A stretch of 64,000 nucleotides of DNA from Auanema rhodensis (Eukaryota; Animalia; Nematoda). The DNA is taken from NCBI GenBank assembly GCA_964057225.1, contig OZ059894.1:10168001-10232000 (forward strand). Direction: 5' to 3'. This document shows positions 25,052-37,522 of the stretch, piece after piece. The notes beneath the pieces were generated by a model, which saw only the letters and a list, made by a program, of their open reading frames with translations, was not told where the DNA came from and searched no databases. Each line of letters starts with the position of its first letter. Positions within the stretch are counted from its first letter, which is position 1. Made by a program: the position numbers and the translations under genes.

Positions 25052-26568
25052 TTTAGTAATAAATAGTTAATATTTGACTTCGAAGATAGAAGTCAGTGAT
25101 GTGAATCAGCAGTAGAATTGTGGATTTATGTTATATCACAGCGTTAGATGTCCTTTCAATATGAAGCTTGATAGTTTGCTCAGGATTTATGATGTATATA
25201 TATCGTTGAATATAACTGCTTCCGGGACTGTCTATCTAAAGCTTGGAATGAGACACAAGTTGCTAACTCGGCGTGTCTCGTTAAAAATCTTCCGTCGTTT
25301 AACTTATGACAAGGCTTTTGGAGGCGTGGCCTCAGTTGATGCAGGGTGGAGCAATACGATGTTAACGCGAAAGCATGAAACAGGCCGAGAATAAATGAAA
25401 ACTATATTACAAAGAATAAAAAAAGAAGAGTCAAAAATGGGATAAAATGAGAGAGATGTTTCTTTTCGAAAAACATTCAAAAATGGCCGAAAATAGAAGT
25501 AATTCTTGTGCTTTAAGACTGGCCTCAGCTATAACATATTCGCTTTTTCTTCTTTTATACTCAATGAGTGGGCTCGTCTCTTATCGTCTTGTTGATTTCT
25601 TTCGTTCAAATGAAAATAATTATAAATAGAAATAAGGCTGCAGATGAATATACAACCGTTCAGCATTTCACTATACAACAAGATTAAACAACTTCACGCG
25701 GATTTGGATGATGACGTGGAACACGTGGGTATTCTAATGATACTACGTGATCATGCTTTAATTGATTTTAATACTTTTGATATTATTATTCAAACAAAAT
25801 GATTATTTATAACTTTTATGCAGTTTTTTTTCACATATATACATAGAATATATTTTTTGATTAAGAAAATTATAATGATTTTTTAAAAATAAGAAATTTC
25901 GCTGCAAGACGTTTTTGAAAAAACAAAAAAGAACAAATACAATACAATCATTACAAAGTTCTTTTGAAAGTTTATTATGAAATATGCAATTTTTCGTATT
26001 ATCATGTCGTTGTAACCTTTTATCTTACAAACACTTTTACATATATGCTTTTCCACAACACAACACTACTCGCAACACGTCCCTTCTATGCTCCTATACT
26101 CATCTTTAGTTAATCTCAGTCGTAAAATCAGAAAATGATGCTTTAGGAAGAAACAACAAAGGCATAAAGGTCGTTACTCTTGCTCGCACATTATCGAAAT
26201 TTCAAGAATTCGTCATCGTTGTCTTGTCATTAGGTTGAAGGAAACAGAGCAGGCTACTGCTATGCTGCTATGCCTAATCGCATTGTTGGTCTGATTTCAA
26301 GAAATGTATGTGTGTATGTATGTAACCGTTGTACATAAGGAAGTATCAATGTTAAGCCGTTGGAATGTCTCGTTGCATCACAACCAACAGCTTGTACAGA
26401 TCAAAGCGATTCATTCTGACTATGATTAATCGCGTTTCCATTAATTTCTTATCATATGACCACTCAGACTCAAAAGACGATAAGCTTCCTTTATACACTT
26501 TGCCCCCCACAATGCCTTATAAACTATTTTCGTTTTCCGTTTTTGAAATTTGGGAAAAATGAAGATGA

Positions 26569-26577
26569 AGAGAGAGA

Positions 26578-26622
<45 letters not shown>
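26569..26622. repeat. (GA)n microsatellite
   Basis: Seen directly; further GA/TC tracts at about 26785-26855 and 27405-27465. Confidence 0.95.
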
Positions 26623-26626
<4 letters not shown>

Positions 26627-26795
26627 TCTGAAGGGATCGTTTTCTAGTAAAGGTCCTAGAGATATATTTGGTCATTCTGGAAATAACAAAGAGGGGAACG
26701 AAGTGAGATAATAATTAAGATAAAGAGATAGAAATTGAGAATTAAATAATGAAAATTTGATGAATAGATTGAGAAAGAAAGATAGAGAGAGCGAA

Positions 26796-26828
<33 letters not shown>

Positions 26829-27190
26829 GGAAGAGAGGGAGAGAGAGAGAGAGAAAAAACAAAAAGAAATGCATGATAGTAGAAACACAATTATGGAAAA
26901 AGAGAAAGAGACAAAGAAAGAAGATAGTAAGACGATATATGTATGAAAGAGTTGAGTATCAGAAGCTGATTATAAATTGGAAAAATGAAGAGAAAACTAA
27001 GAGAACAATCAAATCAAAAAGAAGTGAAAAGATCAGAGAAAGTCACTAAATGTTTTAAAATTTCTTATAAAATTCTTGAAAATACGAGTCGAGAAATTTT
27101 AAATAAAAACAATCACATTTAATTAATTATTTTATTGATTAAAAACTTTTATTATAATTATAATTAAAATAGAAAATGAAAACACGTTAA

Positions 27191-27400
27191 TTATTGTTTA
27201 AGTGAATTGAGATCAAGATATCCGTAGGATTTAGAAAGCTCGTCAAGTTGCAGCGATAAGCATTTTTTCAGAACAGTAAATGTAGGCCTTAAAGCAGGAT
27301 CACGATGCCAACATTCCATTAATAAGCTCCATCTGTAAAAAGTGTTTGATAAACTAAACCACTTTGCTAGATATATGTCTTCATCCCTTACTCTTCATAT

Positions 27401-27438
<38 letters not shown>

Positions 27439-30400
27439 ATCTCTCTCTTTCTCTCTCTCTTTCTCTCGCTTACTACCTTTGTTGTTATTTCAAACTGTTG
27501 GGAAAAAAAGAAAATTGTAGGAATGAAGAATCATAAAACGGAAAATTATATATGAATGGAGAGTATTTCTAAAGTTTTATTGTAATTTCAATTTGATAAA
27601 AACTACTTATAGTATTAAAAATTGTAGTTATTTGGCTGTTTAATCAAGAATATCTTGAAGTGTTTCGGATTAGTCAGTTTTCAAAAAATGGAAAGAAAAT
27701 GCTTACACTTGTTCATCACAGGCATAGGGCTGTTCAAGATTATTACCAGAATTTATGTACGGGATGATTTCCGTATTTGGAATTTGTCGATGTGGATCAG
27801 CTCCAGATGACAATATTTCCCAAGCACACACAGCAAATGACCATACGTCACTAGCTTCGGAAAACTGCTCTCGAGTTAAACATTCTAGAGCAGTCCATTT
27901 GATTGGAAGACGATTTGACTGCAAAAAAGGAAAATGTTTTCAAGAGGGATTATGTTTGTTTGTTTGTTTATTTGTTTATTTGTAGTAAACAAGTAAAATC
28001 AAAAAGATAAAAGTACCATATGACTCTTCTTAAGATCTGTTTTCCAAATTGCTAAACCAAAATCTGATATGAGAACATTGCGTTTTCCTTCCAGAAGGAT
28101 GTTACGAGCAGCAAGATCTCGATGAATAACACCGCATTTATGAATGTATATCTGTAGGAGAGATGATTACTTTACTCTTGATTTCTATTTTCTGATGAGA
28201 TACATCAGCTGAAGCTGCATCTTACCATTCCGTCACATATTTGCCATAAGAAGGAAAGGACATCTCTGCGACATGTTACTTTAGCATCAACATCTGAAGC
28301 CGTCTGTAAAGACAATTGATCAGTTTACGTCTTCAGAATCGCATTCTCAAGCTACTTGACAATCTTCATTGCCTTATAGACGAGTAAGAAAGTGCTGATA
28401 GACTTACAAGATATTGCTCGATCTTACGACCCATCATATATTCCTTCAAACTGCCACCATGTGCATACTCCATTACGATGCAAATGGGATTGTACAACGT
28501 CACACAGCCAAGCATATTGGCTATATTGGGATGAGGACGAATGACCTGTAAAATTAAAAACTAAAATATTATATTCAAAGGGAAAAATTATTATTTTAAT
28601 GAATGAGTAATATAGAAAGACAGCTAGACTGGGTCTAGTCTAGTATCAGATGCGATGAAACATACTTTCATAATTTCAATTTCATTTAATAATTGCTTCC
28701 GACTTCGATCATCAGACGCATGCGTTTGAATCTGAAATAATATCTTTAGGCTTGGCTTCATGTGGCTAGCTAGTAAATCGGGTTGAATCAGTAGTTTTCA
28801 GGCTTTTACAAGCTGATAAAGATGATGCTCGTCTAGACTACTGGTCAATATCTTTCATTACCTTAATAGCTACTGTAGCATTGTCGAACTGATAAGCAAA
28901 AAAGTTTCCACGATGTATATACTCACATGGAGCTCTTCCCAATAATGATCCTGAATACACGATTGTGACGTCATCAAATAATTAAAGATGTGAGCAAGAT
29001 GAGCAAAAGAAGTGTGAGTGCAGAATAAGAATTCGAGTGATGGCCTATTGCTAGAGAAGCTATATCAGTGTTTTTCAACTTTTCCATCGTTTTTCCATTA
29101 ACTTCTCATCTAATTTGCACTTCACTTGCTTCTTCTTCTTCTTCTTCTTTTTCACCTCGATAGACGATTCCACAACTTCCTCTTCCAATTTCAGTTTCTA
29201 ATGTCATCTGTTGTCGACTCATTTCCCATGGATCATGATTTGTACTCAGAAGGCTATGAACGCTCAGTTCAGATCCTTTGAATCTAAAAGATAATGAATA
29301 AGTTTAACGAAGTTTTATCTGCAAATTTCTTGTTTTCCTTACGATTTATTGCTTAAACCTCCTTTTGACATATACTCATTCTCTTTCATTGATCTACGTT
29401 CCAATCGTAAAAACTGAAGAAAGTCGGTAAAGTTGCAAGGCTTATTAAAGTTTTAACTGAATATTTATGTTCAAATACCTTATTTTGCCATTGTAAATGA
29501 GATACATAATTCCATCCTTTATATACAATAAAGGCTACAACAATCAGCAAAATTACTGCTCCACATGCAATTCCAGCAATTTCACCAGCACTTAGATGAA
29601 AACTATCTATAAATTTTTTTATTTGATATTTATTTATGAAGAGAGATACACATATGTACAATATTCTCACGATAAATGAACGTATTCTCAACTTATTAGT
29701 TCACGTTTACATGAATTTTCCATCAAAAAAAGTTTTGAGTTTTGGAATTTTCAAACAAATCGTTCAAAACTCACGTTTCACTGAACAAAAAAAGTTTTTG
29801 CTCTTAGTAAGTGATTCAAATGATGTAACAGTGTGAAGATTTTTCTTTGGAAATGAACTTGTTGCATTACCAATTTCATTTTCATTAATCACAATTATCT
29901 AAATAAAGGATGATTGGAGGGGAAATGAGACTTTTGAGATGAAAAATCGAGATAGAAGAAGTCTGATGAGCTAAGAAGAGCTCAACAACTCAACAATGTA
30001 ATGAGAATGAAGAAACTTACTTGAAAATCAACTGAACTAAGTTGTTTACGGAAATCAGATACTTCTTCATAATCGTAGATAAGTGTCTTAGAAATGAAGT
30101 CTGTTAAGAGAAATAGTGATGGTAATATCTCAGCTTCATCGGCAATCGGATTCAGATGAGATAAAACATTCTGAATTTCCTGAAAAAAACAATGAATTTC
30201 TTCTTTTTTTAATGAAATAAGCAGGTATCTCACTTCTACTGTTTGATCGATACCAGTAACATCATCAATTGAAAGCTTTGAAATTTGATTTGTAACACAG
30301 CTTGGAGAATCACAAAATACGGTGGGATTTTGACTATTTGTCTGAATGGCTACTTGACGATCAGGTGTAGCACATTCAGATGCCGTCGTTGTTAGATATG

Positions 30401-33090
30401 ATTTTATGTTATTGATATCATTCTCATCAACAGACGGCTGTAAAGACAGAGCAATGATGATGTTATCGTCGTGAACAGGAGAAGCTGGAACCTCACAAGC
30501 ATTAGCTATTAAGCTTAAATTGAAAACATACATGTAGATAAGAGTGAAGCGGAAGTAGATGAGTCAAGTGAATATTGTGAAGACGTGGTTATATGAGAAG
30601 ATTCGGTTGTTGATATATCAGATTTAGTAGACGTCTTCGTTGTTGTCACCATCTGTGTAGATAACGTGGAGCCTTCAAATGCCGTTGAAGCGGGAGAAGA
30701 AGTTGATATCACAGTTGATACTGTAGATGTTGGTGGTAAGTATGTTGTTGCTGTTGTTGTTGTTGTTGTTTTTGATGATGATGGTGATGAAAGTGGCAAT
30801 GTTGTGGGTGTTGTTGTTTGCACTTTTTTCGTTTTATGATAAGTTGTTGATGGAATTTTCGTTGTAGTAGTTGGTGCAACAGTTGATGTTGTTGCTAAAA
30901 ATTAAAAATTATTATTAAATAAATATTATAAAATAGATAAAAGATTATATTATTATTATTATTATATATTGAATAATTATCTTTAATTCATATCATTATT
31001 GTTTTTCAGGTGATTATCCTTTGTGCAGTTACCGATGAAATGCTTTGTGCAACACGTTTCGGACTCTTTTTCTCGCCTCCGCGTTATGCTCTCTCTCTTT
31101 TTCCCTTTTTCTCTCTCATCTGTTGCAACCTGGGCCCGTTGATTGAGATAACAATCAAGTCATAAGGTTAGAGATTAAGCATAAATCTTTTAGTTTCAGC
31201 TTATTAATGAGCATCATATGATGACGTCAAGAGTAAAAAAGCTGGAATTTTTCAAGAAAACATTGAAAATATGAAGGAAGAATTCAAAAATCATACTTGT
31301 TAATCCTTCGCTTATATCAACAATTCGTTTTCGGATACGTTTAAGTTCTACTACAGAATCAAGACTAATCACATCGTTTGTAATATTTCCATAATATCTG
31401 AAACAAAATGCTTTCAAGAGGGAAAATTCCAAACAAAATGCTTTCAAGAAGGAAAGAAAAATTACTTTTGAATAGTTCGTTCATCTAGACCATTCCATTT
31501 AAGAACTAAAGCTATTGATAAGCCAATTTTCTGTTTTTCCATTGCTCTTGTGAAGAAAAATTGATTTTCAAGGAATTCCAATGAAACAAAATCCGTTACA
31601 ATAAGTACAAATGTCTAAAATATATATTTACACATAGTTAATATAGTTAATAAATTTACATTTGTTAATGTTCTCTTCCTTAAAGCCTCATTTCTCATAT
31701 AATTTAAGATTTCAGGTGAAAATTCCAAATCATCTTTACTTATAGCCTTTGTCGCCACCTTCAAAGTTCAAGTTTAAAAAGGTAATTATTACTTTAATTT
31801 ACAAATATATCTTTCTTGTTCCTTGAAGACATTTGCAAAACACAACTCTGTATATCAACCCAAAAGCATGCTCCAAGTAAAACTCCTTGTGGACCACTGA
31901 TAATAATCTACAAAAATTACAGGATATGATGATATTAATTTAAAAAAATTTTTTTCATATTTTCAAAGCTTTTTTTAATTTTTGTCTCCTTTTTAAGAAA
32001 ATTTCTTATCGGTTTATGAAAAAAAAGAAATCCATACCCTTCCAATGTTTTGTCTCATTAATGGTTCCGATAACAAATAATAAACGCCCGTTAAGAGCAT
32101 TCGAAAATGTTCATCAGTTAAATTACCGAAACCCATAAATATTCTTAAATTGACTGTCGTTTGATTGTTCGGATTTTCTATAATGAAGAGAAAGAAGTAA
32201 AGCTTAGAGCTTCATCATAATTCTTGTAACGGTGATGATGACGATGATGACTCACGTGTTGTTCCATTGATTCGTGGACATAGCTTTACTGTTGTTTCAA
32301 GACTACAAATACCATTATCTGCAGGTTCCATCATATCGGAATATTCTCTCAAACTATATAAAGTTAAATTTGGGAATAAAGGTAAACCTTCATCTGAAAA
32401 ATGATTGATTTTAGTGATTTTATGACCATCTCAATCAGTCTTACTCAGTTCAACAGCTGGTATTGATACAGTAGTTACAGAGAATATCTCCGAAAATTCA
32501 TATTCACCATCACGAAAGTTATAAACCACATAATCAATGAATAATCGAATAGAGGATGAAGGTGTATAGCTAGCCTCTTCCATTGTATCAATAGCCACAT
32601 TATAAACATCAGCTTGATCATTAGCATCAAGATTTCCTGTAGAATCAAAAATGAATGCTTCCTCTTTTCAGACAATTACCGATAAGACTGATGTTTAACT
32701 TTAAACTGTTTAATCGAAGTCCCATGACTTCTTTGAAACAATTCTCCAATCCACAACATCTAAGCCATGACTTTGAGGGTGGCAAATAGATAGATAACGC
32801 AAATCTCAGTTGTTGTGCTGAGCAAGCCTCGATCTCATTCATGAGCATATATTTGAATTTCAACACATCATTTTCAGTTGTCATCGATGTAAAGAAAGGT
32901 AATACAAAAGCATGATGATGATGGCAATATGCTGTAAAGTTGTAAGAAACAGTTGCAAGGAAGAATAGTACATAGTGATAAACATACGTAAACAATATGG
33001 TATTCTTCTAATTGAATCTAATTCAGCATCTTGTGGAAATATAAGTGAAACTTTACATAAAAGTAATATTAAACCATACAAAATTAACAT
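27191..33090 (-). CDS. Nematode receptor tyrosine kinase: signal peptide, degenerate VWA-like repeats, Ser/Thr mucin segment, TM helix, TK domain (HIR-1/KIN-16-like group)
   Basis: Signal peptide MLILYGLILLLCKVSLIFPQ at 33090. S/T-rich segment at about 30530-30895. TM GEIAGIACGAVILLIVVAFIVYKGW at about 29515-29590. Kinase motifs DPWEM, IGRGSCGIVY, VAIK, LLNEIEIMK, HPNI..MLGC, VMEYAHGGSL, WQICDGM, IHRDLAARNILL, ISDFGLA, LPIKWTALE, SDVWSF, MECWHRDPALRPTF, and C-terminal SYGYL; stop at 27191. Confidence 0.93.
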
Positions 33091-33932
33091 ATTATATATA
33101 TAGTATAATATGTATTTATCTATAAAATATTTAAATAATAGGATTATATTGATAAAAAAAATAATTGAAAGTCAAAGATTAAAAGAAAATCCTCTTAAAT
33201 TGAAATAAGAATGAAATACACTTTATAATTTCTTATTATTTTTTTGAAAAAGAAATAACTTAATTATAAGTTGAAATGAAGAAATAAAAATTGAGAAGGT
33301 TGAATGAAGGGAAAAGTAATTAAATAAATTGAATATAAAACAATCGAAAGTTCAAGTTGATTACAATGATTACATGACTTTGAGCGCCTATTGATTGAGA
33401 GAGCAGCAGCATTCGCAGATAAGGGATCATCTTATAACACCTAACTTTTAATTAATGAAAAAAAATTAGATAAGAAGCAATTAACTCAAACATATTTCTT
33501 CGTTATATCATCGTATAACTACCGTTTCCCGGTAATTCATCCATTTTCTCTCTCTTTCTCTCCTTATTTTTCTCTTCTTCTCACTATTGTAGCATTAATC
33601 TATCATATCTATCAATCTGTATATTTAGAAATAGATAAAAACATTTTTGAATATATTTTATGTAAATAAACACATTTTCCTAATCAAACTAATAGTTTTC
33701 GTTTACTAAATTTCACATTTTAAAACATTTCTTAAACTATATTATCATTGTTTATTACAATTTTTAATAATTATTTTTTGAAACAAACATTATAAAATGC
33801 AATATATGTATATATATTTATATAAATTATAACTATATTGATATATCAACCGATCTATTTGTAAAGTATTTGTTAAAATGATTGTGTATACACGTCATAT
33901 ATTCATGAGTTGTCGTCATATTATAAAAGTTT

Positions 33933-34004
33933 ACGTGAATCACGTGAAAAACGTGAATCATATGAAAGACGTGAATCACGTGAAACGTGTGAAAGACGTG
34001 AAAT
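33933..34004. repeat. 9-bp tandem minisatellite (ACGTGAANN x8) containing E-box/HRE-like cores
   Basis: acgtgaatc acgtgaaaa acgtgaatc atatgaaag acgtgaatc acgtgaaac gtgtgaaag acgtgaaat. Confidence 0.9.
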
Positions 34005-34043
34005 AAAAAAATATGTACATATATGCTAATATTCTAATTTATC

Positions 34044-35558
34044 CTATCCTGAATAAGCTACTTGTACAGTAAGTGGCGATACTGCTGGAAGCCTTTCTTG
34101 GATTTGAAACAATTTCTTTACATAATCTCTATAAGGTGTTGTGAAATAGATCATCGAACATACACGTGCCGGCGAATACAAGATTGGCGTCGCAAAGATG
34201 ATTGCTGTAGCATGTTGTGCAAAGTCATTCGCTGAATTTTTTTTATTTTGAAGTTAAAAAGAAAAAAAAATTTTTTTTATAGAATTTTTGAAAAAAAAAA
34301 GAAACTTACGAACTGTCATAAAGACGGGTATGATATAACTTATAGTAAATATAGCAAATGTTGGACAAATTAATAATAAAAATGGTATTCCGGACTTAAA
34401 AACAAAGTTTATATATCAAGTTTGTTTGAAATTTTTGCTTTTGCTTTTTTTTTTTGAAATTACCTGACAAATTAGCGCCCGCAATAACATCCTTTGAAGA
34501 TGAACTGATCGATCACTTAAAGAAGCTTTATTCTGAGTTAAAAATGCGTTTATCTTAAAACAATTAAAGTTTATTTTTATTTTTATAAAACTCAAATTAC
34601 TTTAGTTATAGCTGAGGAAATAAGAAATGCTATAAATAAAAAAACAAAAAAAGTTATTAGAGCCATAAGGAACATTGCTGGTTCTTTGTCAGGTAATAGA
34701 ATGAAAACAGCAGCTCCAGGTAATAATGCTTGTTTTAACTATAACAAAGAATAATAAGATAAATTATGCTTTAATATTAAATAAGAAAGATATATTGTTG
34801 TCTTAATTATAACCTCAAGATAGATATATGCTCTGGATTCAACATCAGATGTTGAAGCTGGTTGAAATAGCACTGGAGCAATTATAAATGTAAATATAGC
34901 AACCACTACAAACGATAGCCAACGTTTAATATTATCCTTTTTTTCTTCAATTACACGTAATAATGTATATTCACGATATAAAAATCCAGCTAGAATGCTA
35001 GTTATTTCAGCAAAAAGGCTGAGAATTATCATGAGCTAAAACATACTTTGTGAGAAATATAATGAACAGAAAAGTATTCTTCTTGTTTTAGCAGAATTCA
35101 GAAAATTCTTGGAAAACACAAAAAAAATTGTATGTTTAGAGTTATATTTCGTTTAAAAAAAGTAAGTAAAGATAAACAGATATGCTTACGTACCATAAGA
35201 TTGTTTCCCTGAGTTGGAAATAAATGAGCTAGTACTCCTATAAATTGAAGGCCAATCGCCTGAGGTAATGGAGCTAGACCAGATAAGACACTGAATACTA
35301 TATCGAATTGAAAAGAGCATAACTAGGAATAGTATAGTTAATATAATGAAATAGTTAGATATATAATACTCTTACCGACATCATAAGTAAAATATATTTA
35401 TAAGTTGACATAGTTTTAGGTGATTTAAATTGAATTAAATAGACTCCTACAGAATTGAAACTGATAGATGTTAAGGCGAAGATAGTGGAGATGATATGAG
35501 GAAAGGACATTATGAATTCAGATGAAGGAGTTAAATCGTTTAATGCAATGACTTTCAT
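34044..35558 (-). CDS. Serpentine 7TM chemoreceptor, Str superfamily (Srh/Sri-like), apparently intact
   Basis: Seven exons in continuous phase. Motifs: YLIQFKSPKTMSTYKYILL, FLYR after TM3, SLSDRSVHLQRMLLRALICQSGIP, and TTPYRDYV near the C-terminus. TAG at 34046-34044. Confidence 0.9.
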
Positions 35559-35921
35559 CAACCTTAAATATATATGATTTGAATTAATTTAATGAATGTT
35601 TAGAAGGATAATAATATGAAATTTTATAGAAAATTAAAAATTTAACAAATGAATCAAAAACCATAAAGATGAGTATGCGTGTGTGTCTGTTCAACAAGTA
35701 AAATAAACATGAGATCGAATGTTCTTAGAGATGAGTAGAAGGAGAGACAATTGCAGTGTACGAAGGAGCTAGAGAGAAAAAGAAATATTTGAAAATCCAT
35801 TCGAAGATAACATATCATCTATAATCTTATATATTCATCCTCCTTAATTTGATTATAATATTGCTGAGCTAACAAAGATCTTTTTGAAAAATTATAAATT
35901 AAGAGTTAGTAGATCAGAAAG

Positions 35922-36282
35922 GGGCTCTTCTGCATGTTGCCACCACCCTCCTCCAATCCAATTCAAAAATATGCTAGAGATATTATTTTTGATAGAATAT
36001 TATATGATATAAGTTATTTTCAAAAATCAAACAAAGAAGTAAAAATCATTAAATTATTTAGTTTTTTTCTATCCCTACGGCAATTATAAGCACAAGTCTA
36101 AGCTTAAGTCTACGCCCGAGTCTAAGCTTAAGCATGAACCCACGTCTAAGCTTAAGCCTAAGCATAAACGTAAGTCTGAGTTACTAGGTATCAGTTTAAT
36201 TTGATGAACCGCTAAGAAATCTGCATTTCATTAGCAACGTGAATGGTGGGTGGTGGTGGTGGCATAAAATGCAGAAAAGCTC
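35922..36282. mobile_element. MITE-like element with about 45-bp imperfect terminal inverted repeats
   Basis: The left end GGGCTCTTCTGCATGTTGCCACCACC...ATTCA (35922-35965) is an imperfect reverse complement of the right end TGAATGG...GGTGGTGGCATAAAATGCAGAAAAGCTC (36240-36282). AGAAA flanks both ends. Confidence 0.7.
36094..36177. repeat. Degenerate telomere-like hexamer array (AAGCCT/AAGCTT/AAGTCT, related to nematode TTAGGC)
   Basis: About 14 hexamer units with 6-bp periodicity inside the MITE-like element. Confidence 0.8.
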
Positions 36283-37487
36283 AGAAAAGAAAATACCGAT
36301 GATTACTAGTTGAAAGAAGAATTTTTGAATAAACGCCATTTACAATAAGTATTTTCTCTTTTTAGCAAAAATGTTATAGCTAAGATTTTGATGATGCGAT
36401 GTTCAGCAAAAAAAGTAATCGCTGTTGCACCGTTAGATATCAGAAGAGCCAACAAAAAAAGTTTTTTTTCGTAATAAAGTTTGAGAAATGAATCTAAAAT
36501 TTCACTAACTATATATTATACAATTATCAAAACTCGTTTTGAGTTGATAATCATGATCAGAAGCATATTTAGAAATAGATTTTTGTTAAATTAATAGTTT
36601 GATATAAAGATCATTATATGATACATCCATGTACAACGAACTCATATACATAACTATAAAACTACGTAATCATATAATTATGTTTGACAATCATATATGT
36701 AGATGATCTATAGTTATATATTTAAATATTTAAATGTATATATATATAGATATAGATACATAGATCAATTTAAAAAAATAATTTCTTCTTTGATGTCTTA
36801 ACATAATATTTATTTCAAAAATATATAAATAACTATTATTATTATTGTTATTGTTATATTTATAATTTTGTATATATAAATAGCATTTTTAACTTTTTTA
36901 ACATATTAGAAATTATTTCTTGTGGTCATTTGTGTCCTTCTGTCGCGAATATGCATTCACAACAACTTCATAACGTATCTGACGAGCAATGCTGATTAGC
37001 TAGCAACTGATGATCATATACCAATTTATGTGAACAATCCTTCTTTATTAGCTTAAGAAGTTAAGATTGATTATATAGTTACTATAGTTATAGTTCTAGA
37101 GATAGAGAACTATGCTAGTTTAGACAATCCGTAAAGTTAACATACACCCTCGCTTACACCAAATGAAATAATATAATACAACAACAACGGCTACTCTTAC
37201 TACTACTACGACAAAACTATTTAAAAATTCATATTATATTATAATATAAATCAATTTATATTTTAAATATATACTCTATCTATACTATATAGTATATAGT
37301 ATATTCCTTATCTACATACATGAATAGATACATAGAGAGAAGATAGAGAGAGAGAGAGAGATTTGAATTTATAATTAATTACTATATTATACTATGTATA
37401 GTTAATTTATCCGATTTCAATACAAAAGTTCCCACTCATTTTAAATTATTTTATAAATTAATTAGCATTTCTCTGTATCTTTATTGG

Positions 37488-37522
37488 TTACGTGAAATTT
37501 CACGTAATCTATTTGGCGCCAA
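37488..37522. promoter_or_regulatory. Paired palindromes: 20-bp TTACGTGAAATTTCACGTAA and 10-bp TTGGCGCCAA (E2F-like)
   Basis: Both palindromes are perfect, 5 bp apart, in very AT-rich DNA. A regulatory role is inferred, not shown. Confidence 0.45.

Noticed and set aside
25134-25155. TATCACAG miR-2-family seed start
   Set aside because: The putative 5' arm pairs poorly, and the site lies in the proximal promoter of the peptide gene.
25247-25292. Hairpin ATGAGACAC...GTGTCTCGT and the overlapping + ORF 25128-25394
   Set aside because: The stem is short, and the ORF has no splice support or recognisable motif.
34601-34660. Possible frameshift in poly-T runs of the chemoreceptor (pseudogene)
   Set aside because: Counting the bases shows the frame is preserved through both runs.
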